Shown piece by piece: positions 13,772-22,605 of a stretch of 64,000 nt of DNA. Source of the stretch: Spirochaetia bacterium (lineage in GTDB: Bacteria; Spirochaetota; Spirochaetia; SZUA-6; Bin103); contig CBDAOI010000004.1 of NCBI GenBank assembly GCA_965198005.1, positions 1,088,001 through 1,152,000 on the forward strand, given 5' to 3'. The notes under the pieces were generated by a model that ran no database searches, was not told the DNA's origin, and saw only the letters and a list, made by a program, of their open reading frames with translations. How positions within the stretch are numbered: position 1 is the stretch's first letter; every line of letters begins with the position of its first letter. A program made the position numbers and the translations under genes.

Positions 13772-14640
13772 CTGACCGGCTCGCGCCCGAACACCGCCGC
13801 CAGGGGGCGCCGCTCCCGGGGTCGCTGCTCGCGGGCGCGATGCGGGCCGCCGTGCGGGGTGGGGCCGTGGCGCGGGAGTTGCAGAGCGGCGCGCTGACGG
13901 TGGAGCGCAAGGCGGACCGCACCCTGGTGACCGACGCCGACGTGCAGGCGCAGGAGGCGATCGAAGCGGAGCTGGGCGCGGTTACGCCCGCCATCCCGAT
14001 CGTCAGCGAGGAGGGAAGTATGCCCGGCGTGCGGGTCCGGCGCGGCTGGCCGCGGCTGTGGCTGGTCGACCCGCTCGACGGCACCCGCGACTACGTGGCC
14101 GGCGGCACCGAGTTTTCGGTGAACGTCGCGCTGATCGTGGCGGGCGCCCCCCGCATCGGCGTGGTGTACGTGCCGGTATGGGACGAGCTGTTCTACGGCG
14201 CGGTCGGCTGGGGCGCGTACCGGGTGCGTGGTGCGGGTGCGCCGGCGGCGGGCCTGGAGCCGGGCGCCGGCGAACGGCTGGGCCGGCCGCGCCCGCGCCG
14301 GACGCCGGTAGTCACGGTGAGCCGGACCAACCGCGCGCCCGAGTCGCAGCGCATCATCGACGCGCTGCGGCGCCACTACGGGACGCTGGAGCTGCTGCCG
14401 TTGAGTAGCGCGGCCAAGTTGTGTCTGATCGCGGCCGGCGACGCCGATTACTACCCGCGGTTCGGCCCGACGATGGAGTGGGACACCGCCGCCGGCGACG
14501 CGCTGCTGCGGGCCGTGGGCGGGCGGCTCAGACAGGCGCGCACCGGACGCAGCCTGCGGTACAACAAACGGCACCTGGCCAATCCTCCCTTCATTGCCGC
14601 CGCCGCCGGGCGCAGCTGGCCGCCCGGGGTGATCGGCTGA
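13768..14640 (+). CDS. cysQ: 3'(2'),5'-bisphosphate nucleotidase CysQ (inositol monophosphatase family)
   Basis: KAD..VT.AD, SEE, WLVDPLDGT, YPRFGPTMEWDTAAG, LRYNK. Confidence 0.88.
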   Translation: MTDRLAPEHRRQGAPLPGSLLAGAMRAAVRGGAVARELQSGALTVERKADRTLVTDADVQAQEAIEAELGAVTPAIPIVSEEGSMPGVRVRRGWPRLWLVDPLDGTRDYVAGGTEFSVNVALIVAGAPRIGVVYVPVWDELFYGAVGWGAYRVRGAGAPAAGLEPGAGERLGRPRPRRTPVVTVSRTNRAPESQRIIDALRRHYGTLELLPLSSAAKLCLIAAGDADYYPRFGPTMEWDTAAGDALLRAVGGRLRQARTGRSLRYNKRHLANPPFIAAAAGRSWPPGVIG

Positions 14641-14676
14641 GCGGGCGCTGTGCCTTGGCGCACGTCTCGGCGTACG

Positions 14677-15315
14677 TCAGCCGACGCTGAGATGAGTCGA
14701 AGACTCGTCCACGAACGCCCGCCACGCGCCGTACTTGGGGTTGTTCAGGCGCTGCGCGATCGTCGGGTTGGTGTGCGGCTTGGTGGGACGGCGCAGCAGC
14801 CGCATGTTGGCCGCCTGCGGAGTGCGGCCGCCCTTGCGCGAATTGCAGGGCACGCAGGCGGTCACCAGATTGTCCCAGGTGTCACGGCCGCCCAGCGAGC
14901 GCGGTACCACGTGGTCGACCGTAATGTCGGCGTTGGAGACCCGCTTGCCGCAGTAGTGGCACCGGCCGCGGTCGCGGGCATGGATGTTGCGGCGCGTCAG
15001 GCGCACGTCGCGCCGCGGTCCGCCGCCGTACCGCAACAGGCGGATGACGCGCGGCACGGCCAGCACCAGCCGCGGCGTCCGCACCCAGTCGGGCCGCTCG
15101 GGCGCACCCCCCTCGATCGCGGCCCGGGTCGTCCAGACCAGCTCCGAGAGCACGATCCAGGAGTCCAGATCGTAGGCCTGAAACCCGCCCCCGTCGGTGG
15201 TTACGACCTCCGCCGCGTCCCGCACCAGCAGAATGAAGGCGCGGCGCGCGCTGGTGATGCGTACCGCGACGTAGCCGCTGTTGAGCACGAGGACATTCGA
15301 TTCCAGAGATGACAA
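14677..15315 (-). CDS. HNH endonuclease (McrA-like)
   Basis: VLVLN..Y N-terminus, RD..RCHYCG, TVDHVVPRSLGG..TWDNLVTAC..CN..KG. Confidence 0.92.
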   Translation of the reverse strand: MSSLESNVLVLNSGYVAVRITSARRAFILLVRDAAEVVTTDGGGFQAYDLDSWIVLSELVWTTRAAIEGGAPERPDWVRTPRLVLAVPRVIRLLRYGGGPRRDVRLTRRNIHARDRGRCHYCGKRVSNADITVDHVVPRSLGGRDTWDNLVTACVPCNSRKGGRTPQAANMRLLRRPTKPHTNPTIAQRLNNPKYGAWRAFVDESSTHLSVG

Positions 15316-15461
15316 GTCGGCCGCGCCCCCGTGCCTGACATATAAGCACGCCCGCCGGGCACCGTCAAGGCAAGCTTGCGAGCCCGATGTACCACCCCAT
15401 GCAAGTGTGATAGGGTGCTAGCCGCCCCGCGGGGCACCACAACTGGTGCGAGGGGAGTCCG

Positions 15462-16640
15462 TTGTTAGCCGAAGGAACCGTAGTCCACAGCCAGCCGACC
15501 CCGGAATGCCTGGGCGGTCGGGTCGCCACCCCGGCCCTCGTCTATGATCAAGGACGGTTGGGGACCCTGGCGGGTGTGGCACGACAGTTCCGCGAGCGAT
15601 TCGGCGTCAACGTGCTGTACGCCGCAAAGGCGTGCGCCTTCTTCGACGTGTTGCGAGCGCTCGCTCCATCGTTGGACGGGTTTGCCGTCAGCTCGTTGTT
15701 CGAGGCACGGATCGTGCACGACCTGTACCCGCACAGCCCGCTACATCTCACCACGCCGGGTCTGCGCGACGACGAAGTCGACGAGCTTGCCGAGATCTGC
15801 AGTTTCGTGGCGTTCAACTCGGAGACCCAGTTGTACCGCTTCGGACCAGCAGTCCATGGCTGCGCCAGCGTGGGGCTCCGGGTCAACACCCGGATCTCCA
15901 ACGTAAGGGACTCCCGCTACGATCCAGCCGGGCGACGCTCCCAGCTCGGCGTTCCCCTGGCCGATCTACCCGAAGTGCTCGCAGCATCGCCGGTCGCCGT
16001 GAACGGGTTGCATTTCCACACCAACGCCGACTCGGAAGACCTGACCGAGCTCGAGGAGAACGTGGAGGCGCTCGCTGCAGCAGTCGTCGGCATCGGTAGC
16101 TTCGACTGGGTGAACTTCGGCGGCGGTTACCTGTTCGAGAACGTCGTGGCGTTTGAGCCACTCGAACGATCCGTTACGCTGGCGAAGCGGTGCCTGGCCA
16201 ACGCAGTCTTCGTCGAGCCTGGCGCGGCACTGGTACGCAGCGCGGGCCACTTGGTTGCGAGCGTCATCGATATCTTCGAGAGGCATGACACTCGAATCGC
16301 CATCCTCGATACGTCCGTCAACCATCTTCCGGAGGTGCTGGAGTTCGGCTATCAGCCTGAAGTCGAGGGAAGTACCGTAGATGGTGATCACGAATACGTT
16401 CTGGCGGGCGGGAGTTGCCTTGCAGGCGATACGTTCGGCAGGTATCGGTTCGATGCCCCACTCTCTATCGGAACGACCATCACCTTCATCGAGGCGGGGG
16501 CGTATGCGCAGGCCAAGTCCCATCGGTTCAATGGAATCAACCTGCCCGCGGTGTGGATCGCTTCCCCGGACGGAAGCCTCACCGAGCGCCAGATGCTCGA
16601 CTATGCAAGCTACCTGGAGCACTGGATGCCCAATGCCTGA
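15462..16640 (+). CDS. PLP-dependent group IV decarboxylase, carboxynorspermidine-decarboxylase (NspC)-like
   Basis: TPALVYD, YAAKAC (PLP lysine), GLRVN, GLHFH, NFGGG, EPG, GSCLAGDTFG, K..RFNGINLP. Confidence 0.85.
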   Translation: MLAEGTVVHSQPTPECLGGRVATPALVYDQGRLGTLAGVARQFRERFGVNVLYAAKACAFFDVLRALAPSLDGFAVSSLFEARIVHDLYPHSPLHLTTPGLRDDEVDELAEICSFVAFNSETQLYRFGPAVHGCASVGLRVNTRISNVRDSRYDPAGRRSQLGVPLADLPEVLAASPVAVNGLHFHTNADSEDLTELEENVEALAAAVVGIGSFDWVNFGGGYLFENVVAFEPLERSVTLAKRCLANAVFVEPGAALVRSAGHLVASVIDIFERHDTRIAILDTSVNHLPEVLEFGYQPEVEGSTVDGDHEYVLAGGSCLAGDTFGRYRFDAPLSIGTTITFIEAGAYAQAKSHRFNGINLPAVWIASPDGSLTERQMLDYASYLEHWMPNA

Positions 16641-18004
16641 CGACGTGAGACAACGATCCATCGAGATAACGGTAGACTTGGCGGATCCGGATATGATCGG
16701 ACAGGTACGCGCGGCCGTCGAACGTCAGATTGGCCCGTCCGAGACACCGATCCGGTTTGCCGTGACCAGGTCTGACGGCGACCGTTGGACGTGCGAGCTG
16801 GCGACGCTGACCGGAGAAGTTCGCGGCCCCGGAATCTTCGATTTCCATGCCCGTTCACATGAGGACGCCGACCGGTTCAACCTGGTCATGTTGGTGCCGA
16901 CCGGCATCGGCGCGACCGTCGGCGGCCACGCCGGAGACGCCACCCCCGCCGCCACCCTCTTGGCGAGCGTCTGCGACACCCTGATCACTCATCCGAACGT
17001 GCTCAACGCATCGGATATCATACATATCCCTCCGAACGCGTTGTACGTCGAGGGGAGCTTGATCACGCAGCTCATGATGGGTGCCGTGGGACTTCGCCGC
17101 AGGCGCAACAACCGTCTGCTGGTGCTGGTTCAGGCCCATGAAGATGAGATGTTCACGAACGCGGCCATCAACAGCGTCAACGCCGCCCGCGCGTCGTACG
17201 GTCTGCAGGCGAGCGTAGCGGTTCTCGATCCCCGATTCCGCATGATCTCGGAGTACACGCCCAGCGGTGCCGCCGCGGGCAGGATCGAGGGTATCGAGTA
17301 CGTCCACGACCTGCTCGACACTCGGCGGGGTGAGTTCGATGCCGTCGCAATCACCAGCGTGATTGATCTTCCATTGGAACTGCACGAAAACTACTACCGG
17401 CTTGTGGACGAAGTAGTGAACCCGTGGGGCGGGGTCGAGGCTCTGCTCACGCACGCGGTCTCGTTACGGTACGGAATTCCTGCCGCGCACGCGCCGATGC
17501 TCGAGTCGAGGGCGGTGGCCGAGACCGACTTCGGCGTAGTCGATCCGCGCACCGCCGCCGAGGTCATCTCGCTCGCTTTCCTGCAGTGCGTCTTGCGCGG
17601 CCTCCGGACGAGCCCGGCAATCGCTCCCGCTGCCCACGGCCCCGGCGCGGGCGGCATCCAGTCGGCGAACATCTCGTGCCTGGTCATACCGGATGGCTGT
17701 ATCGGCCTCCCCACCCTGGCCGCGCTGCACAACGGGATTCCCGTAGATCGCCGTGCGCGGCAACACCAATCGCATGCGCAACGACCTCGATTCCCTGCCC
17801 TGGCGCCCCCTGCAACTGTTGCGCGTCGAGAACTACCTCGAGGCCGCCGGCGTCGTAGCCGCCCTCAAAGCCGGAATAGACCCCCGCTCAGTCACGCGGC
17901 CACTTGAGCCAGCTTCGGTTGAACGGCTGGCCGATTCTGATCGCGAGAAGGCTTCGGCTGCCGCTACTGATCTTAGTCCTGAGACCGGCGGTAATGATGC
18001 CTAG
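16633..18004 (+). pseudogene. DUF3326 family protein with one +1 frameshift at ~17746 (real or sequencing error)
   Basis: VPTGIGATVGGHAGDA, LITHPNVLNA, LYVEG, NPWGGVEA, AAEVIS; after HNGIPV an extra G shifts the frame and the family C-terminus (IAVRGN...VENYLEAAGV.AALKAGI) continues in the 17753-18004 frame. Confidence 0.8.
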
Positions 18005-18851
18005 TGATTTCGAGGATCGACCATCCTATGAGGAGTACACGGATTGGTACTCCAAACGGTTTCAGGATGACCTGCGCGATGGCCTTGCAAAACAATGGTA
18101 CGAGGATGTTACCGACGATTCAATTCAGAGGTTGGAGGAGTCTGTCTTTTGGCAGAAACTGCAGGAGCGCTTGAGTGCGTGGAACGAATCCTTTACAGTA
18201 ATCCACGAAGGATTCTCACTATTTGGGGCGACACCTCAGCCGACAGGTATCAAGAAAAAGCCTTTCGATTCAGTGCTGAATAAGTCCTTCAGGTGGAACG
18301 TGCTTGAGAATAGAACATGGCCGGATCCGCCTGAGAGGTTACAGAGTACGGCGTCGAAGTCCGACGAACGCTACCCTGACCACCCGCGGTTTTGGTCTGG
18401 CCCCCACAACTGGCTGGATACCTTCTCCGACATCTTCCGAGTACGGCTCACGACAACCTACTTCGACGGTGTCAGATACTTGGCCGAAAACGTTAAGGAA
18501 CTTGCCGAGCAAATCACTTCGGATCCGCCGGAGTGGCAGCTTCACGCTTCACATGACGGTTATCATGCGGCTCACCTTGGGATTTCTCACCGGTTAGACA
18601 TACTCGACTACGAGAACAACGATCCGGTCCCTGTTCGAATTCAGCTAGAGATTCAAGTGACGACGACGATTCAGGAAACGATCAACGAATTGCTTCATCG
18701 AGTATATGCAGACTGGCGAGTGAATGGTCGTCCTCATGATTGGGAATGGGACCACCGAGACCCTGCTTTCTCGGTAAACTATCTTGGGAGCACGCTTCAC
18801 TACTTGGAGGGAATGATCGTGATGGCACGTGATGAGAAGAGGAGCAACTAA
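17994..18851 (+). CDS. RelA/SpoT-type nucleotidyltransferase domain protein (small alarmone synthetase-like)
   Basis: Synthetase motifs in correct order: KKKPFDSVLNK, DIFRVR, GYHAAH, LEIQVTT, H..Y; no hydrolase or regulatory domains; AT-richer than flanks. Confidence 0.7.
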   Translation: MMPSDFEDRPSYEEYTDWYSKRFQDDLRDGLAKQWYEDVTDDSIQRLEESVFWQKLQERLSAWNESFTVIHEGFSLFGATPQPTGIKKKPFDSVLNKSFRWNVLENRTWPDPPERLQSTASKSDERYPDHPRFWSGPHNWLDTFSDIFRVRLTTTYFDGVRYLAENVKELAEQITSDPPEWQLHASHDGYHAAHLGISHRLDILDYENNDPVPVRIQLEIQVTTTIQETINELLHRVYADWRVNGRPHDWEWDHRDPAFSVNYLGSTLHYLEGMIVMARDEKRSN

Positions 18852-19297
18852 TGGACACTTATTGGCCGGATTACATGGAGGCACCAGTCAGACACAAGTT
18901 GACCGAGGTCATGCAGACGGTGATCGAGAAGCTACCTGAGAAACCTGATAAGGCATTTGTTTGCACGGACAGAAGTGTGGGAGCACGGAGTTATTTTTGT
19001 ATTTGGTTGTTCACCCAGAAACTAATGGTGAAGATTCGTAACTCGCTTAATCAAGATAGAATCCAGTATGAAATGTACCGGTTTGAGAATGCGGTCGATT
19101 GGATCCGACTAAACGCTCGTAGATACGATTTCAAGAAGCCTATGTCGGATTCACAGCTCGATCTCGAGTTCACTACGACTGACGGTGTGTCTGATGAACT
19201 CTCAGCGACGGGAGAAGGATGCCACTATCTGATGGAAATCTACCACGACAGATTCCTGTCGAATTTCGTTGCTACTCGCGGACAGCGATGCGACTGA
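18851..19297 (+). CDS. Hypothetical 148-aa protein, translationally coupled to the RelA/SpoT-like gene
   Basis: TAATG overlap, AGGAG RBS, same AT-richer composition; beta-rich pattern with a C-terminal helix (PH-like fold is a guess). Confidence 0.7.
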   Translation: MDTYWPDYMEAPVRHKLTEVMQTVIEKLPEKPDKAFVCTDRSVGARSYFCIWLFTQKLMVKIRNSLNQDRIQYEMYRFENAVDWIRLNARRYDFKKPMSDSQLDLEFTTTDGVSDELSATGEGCHYLMEIYHDRFLSNFVATRGQRCD

Positions 19298-19902
19298 TTT
19301 CTGCGTGCGGGGTGCTGCTGGCCGTGGCGGCTGCCGTTGGCCTGGGCGAGGGGGCGGCGGAGGGCGAGGTTGAGTTGGGCAGCTACGAGCTGGTGGGGAC
19401 CGGGCACGTGCTGGACCATCCGGCCGGCTGGACGGCGACGCGCGAGACGATGTACGACGAGGGGCGGTTGGTGAACACGCTGACGGTGATCACCGAGCTG
19501 CCCGAGGACCAGGACCTGGCGCGGGTGCCGCGCGGGTACCGGCTGATCGTGGATCACCTGCGGGTCGGGCACTTCGCGCACGCGATCCGCCCGGATGAGC
19601 AGTACCAGTCGCTGCTGGAGTTCTACGTCCGGTTCTACGATTGGCCGGAGCCGGCCGAGACCGAGCTGATCGAGCTGTTCGAGCGGCACGCGGTGCAGAT
19701 GAAGGCGCGCAACGCGGACGGCAGTTGGGAATACGCGGCAGTGGGCGTCGGGGTTTTCCGCCAGCTCCACCGCATCGGCTACGCCATCCAGCTCACCGCG
19801 CCGGCCTCCAAGCCGGTCTGGGAGCGCGAGCCGGTCTGGGCCGCGATCATCGGCAGCGTGCGGCGCGCTCCGGCCGACGCCGCGGGCGATGCCGCCTCAT
19901 GA
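19288..19902 (+). CDS. Hypothetical exported protein
   Basis: Signal-peptide-like N-terminus MRLISACGVLLAVAAAVG; host-like high-GC codon usage. Confidence 0.6.
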   Translation: MRLISACGVLLAVAAAVGLGEGAAEGEVELGSYELVGTGHVLDHPAGWTATRETMYDEGRLVNTLTVITELPEDQDLARVPRGYRLIVDHLRVGHFAHAIRPDEQYQSLLEFYVRFYDWPEPAETELIELFERHAVQMKARNADGSWEYAAVGVGVFRQLHRIGYAIQLTAPASKPVWEREPVWAAIIGSVRRAPADAAGDAAS

Positions 19903-19916
19903 GGAGCACGCGGTAA

Positions 19917-21020
19917 ATGGCCGACCCCCGTTACCGGCGGCTGGCGGACGTCATCGTCCGCCATTCCTGCGCCGTCCGCGCCGGCGACAAGGTGCTGATC
20001 GAGGCCTTCGACCTGCCCGAGCAGTTTCTGGTGGTGCTGATCGACACGGTGGCCGCGGCCGGCGGCCATCCGCTGTGCGTGACCAAGAGCAACCGCGTGC
20101 TGCGCGCGCTCTACCGCAACGCGACGCGCGCGCAGATGGAAGTGTGGGGCAGCGTCGAGCGCCGGCAGATGGAGCAGATGCAGTGCTACGTGGGGCTGCG
20201 CGGCAGCCACAACAGCACCGAGCTGGGCGACGTTCCGCACGAGCGGTACGCCCACTACCAGCGCCACGTCTGGCATCAGGTACACGTGGAGCTGCGTGTC
20301 AAGCAGACCCGCTGGGTGGTGCTGCGCTGGCCGACCCCGTCCATGGCGCAGCAGGCGCAGATGAGCACCGACGCGTTCGAGGAGTTCTTCTTCGACGTAT
20401 GCACGGTCGACTACGCGGCGATGGCCCGCTCGATGGAGCCGCTGCGGGAACTGATGGAGCGCACCGACCGCGTGCGCATCGTCGGTCCCGGCACCGACCT
20501 CTCGTTTTCGATCCGCGGCATTCCCGTGGTCGGCTGCTCGGGCGAGCGCAACCTCCCGGACGGCGAGATGTTCACCAGTCCGGTGCGGAACTCGGTGCAG
20601 GGCACGCTGGCGGTGAACACGCCCAGTCTCAACCGGGGCATCGTGTTCGACGACCTGCGGTTCGAGTTCGACGCCGGCCGGATCGTCAGCGCCGGCGCCA
20701 ACCACGAGCCGGAGCTGCGCCGCATCCTGGATACCGACCCGGGCGCGCGCTACGTCGGGGAGTTCTCCCTCGGCTTCAACCCGCGCATCATGAACCCGAT
20801 GCTCGACACCCTGTTCGACGAGAAGATCGCCGGATCGTTTCACTTCACGCCCGGGCAGGCGTACGCGGAGGCGGACAACGGCAACCGTTCCGAGATCCAC
20901 TGGGACTTGGTGGTAATCCAGCGCCCCGAGTTCGGCGGCGGCGAGATCTACTTCGACGACCGCCTGATCCGCAAGGACGGCGAGTTCGTGCCGGAGGAGT
21001 TGCGCGCGCTCAATCCGTGA
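19917..21020 (+). CDS. Aminopeptidase (M29, AmpS/AmpT-like)
   Basis: NLPDGEMFTSP, GEFSLG.N, LFDEKIAGSFHFTPG, N.S.IHWDLV. Confidence 0.92.
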   Translation: MADPRYRRLADVIVRHSCAVRAGDKVLIEAFDLPEQFLVVLIDTVAAAGGHPLCVTKSNRVLRALYRNATRAQMEVWGSVERRQMEQMQCYVGLRGSHNSTELGDVPHERYAHYQRHVWHQVHVELRVKQTRWVVLRWPTPSMAQQAQMSTDAFEEFFFDVCTVDYAAMARSMEPLRELMERTDRVRIVGPGTDLSFSIRGIPVVGCSGERNLPDGEMFTSPVRNSVQGTLAVNTPSLNRGIVFDDLRFEFDAGRIVSAGANHEPELRRILDTDPGARYVGEFSLGFNPRIMNPMLDTLFDEKIAGSFHFTPGQAYAEADNGNRSEIHWDLVVIQRPEFGGGEIYFDDRLIRKDGEFVPEELRALNP

Positions 21021-21023
21021 GGC

Positions 21024-22061
21024 TCAGCTCCCGGCGTTGCGGCGGCTCGCGAATTGCTCCCAGGCGACCAGGAACAGAGTTGCGATGACGGGGCCGACCA
21101 GGAAGCCCACCAACCCCAGCCAGGCCAGCCCGCCCAGCGTGGAGACCAGCACCAGCGCCGGGTGCAGCCCCGAGCGATCCCCCACCAGGCGCGGGCGCAG
21201 CACGTTCTGGCTCAGCGTGGCGCCGGCCACCCCGACCACCATCAGCCCCACGCCGCGGCCCACGTCGCCGAGCACGATGGCGATGATGCCGGCCGGCACG
21301 ATCACGGCGTTGATGCCGAGCAGCGGCAGCACCGACGCCACGATCATCACCAGTCCCCAGAGCGTGGGCGAGGTGAACCCGAAGACCAGGAACAGCAGCC
21401 CGCCGAAGGTGCCCTCGATCACCCCGATCGCGACCGTGCCCACCACGGTCGCGTCCAGGGTGCGGGCGGCCTTGCGCATCAACTCGCGCGAGCGCGCGCG
21501 GTCGAGCGGCAGCAGCCGGTGGACGTGCTCGACCAGCCGGTCGCCGTCGCGCAGCAGGTAGATCACCACGTAGACCACGACCACCGTGCTCACCGCAAGG
21601 CTCGCGGCCCCGGCGAACACGGCCTGGGTCAGACCCAGCATCCGGGTGGCGGCGTTGCCGACCAGCTCCGAGACGCGCTGCTCGAGCTGGTACTCCGCCG
21701 CCAGCGCCTGCAGCCCGGGCAGCGTACGCTGGCCCCAGGCGAGGAGCTCGGGCCACTGCGCCCGAATCGTGCTGACGGCCTGCTCGATCTCCGCGGTCAC
21801 CAGCAACCCGATCGCCAGCAGCGGCACCGAGACCAGGACCAGCAGCGCGACCAGGATCAGAACCGTGGCCAGCCCCCGCCCCAGCCCCCAGCGCCGGGTG
21901 AGCAGTGCGAACGGGTGCCGGGCCAGCACCGCCAGGATCACCGCCACCATCAGCGCCACCAGCAGCGGCGCCAGCAGCCGGGCGAAGGCCGCGGTCAGCA
22001 CCGCCAGCAGCACCAGAAAAAACGCCCCCTGAATCCGCTCTCTATCCATTGCGATATCCAT
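21024..22061 (-). CDS. AI-2E family transporter
   Basis: Multi-TM protein with YLLRDG, LRPRLVG...LHP..V..STLGG...G..GF..GP motifs. Confidence 0.88.
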   Translation of the reverse strand: MDIAMDRERIQGAFFLVLLAVLTAAFARLLAPLLVALMVAVILAVLARHPFALLTRRWGLGRGLATVLILVALLVLVSVPLLAIGLLVTAEIEQAVSTIRAQWPELLAWGQRTLPGLQALAAEYQLEQRVSELVGNAATRMLGLTQAVFAGAASLAVSTVVVVYVVIYLLRDGDRLVEHVHRLLPLDRARSRELMRKAARTLDATVVGTVAIGVIEGTFGGLLFLVFGFTSPTLWGLVMIVASVLPLLGINAVIVPAGIIAIVLGDVGRGVGLMVVGVAGATLSQNVLRPRLVGDRSGLHPALVLVSTLGGLAWLGLVGFLVGPVIATLFLVAWEQFASRRNAGS

Positions 22062-22113
22062 TGCGATCCATTGCGTGCGATCCGTTGCGCAGTTTTGCGC
22101 AGTTTTGCGCAGT

Positions 22114-22548
22114 TTACTCCTCGGGCGCCTCCTGGTCGTCGCCCGCCGTGTTGAACGCCGCCACCGCGACCAGCGCGGCCACCAGCGCGTTGGTGATCAG
22201 CCAGGCGCGCTCGTCGGCCACGGTCTGCTCGATCAGCACCCCGAACAATGGGAACACCACGTACGGAGCCGGAGCGAACGCCGCGGCCCCGAGTCGGATC
22301 GCCAGCGCCGCCCCGACGCCCATGCAGGCGCCGGCGACCATCAGGCGGAGGATCGCGCCGCTCTGTTCCAGCCACGAGTTGAACAGCAGCAGCACCACCG
22401 GCAGCGCCGCGGAATAGAATAGAAAGAACCCGTGTCCCGACTCGCCCAGGAGGACGACGTCCAGGTCGGGGATCCGATAGGAGAAGACCCCGGCAGTCAC
22501 GCCCACCGTGGCGAGCAACACGATGCGGAACATGGACGTATCCTGCAC
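22114..22548 (-). CDS. Hypothetical membrane protein
   Basis: 144-aa hydrophobic ORF with PDLD motif and host-like codon bias. Confidence 0.6.
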   Translation of the reverse strand: MQDTSMFRIVLLATVGVTAGVFSYRIPDLDVVLLGESGHGFFLFYSAALPVVLLLFNSWLEQSGAILRLMVAGACMGVGAALAIRLGAAAFAPAPYVVFPLFGVLIEQTVADERAWLITNALVAALVAVAAFNTAGDDQEAPEE

Positions 22549-22605
22549 CCGACAACGCGGACTGAAAAGGGACTGCCCGTTTCTGATAGGCTATCGGTCG
22601 AGAAG

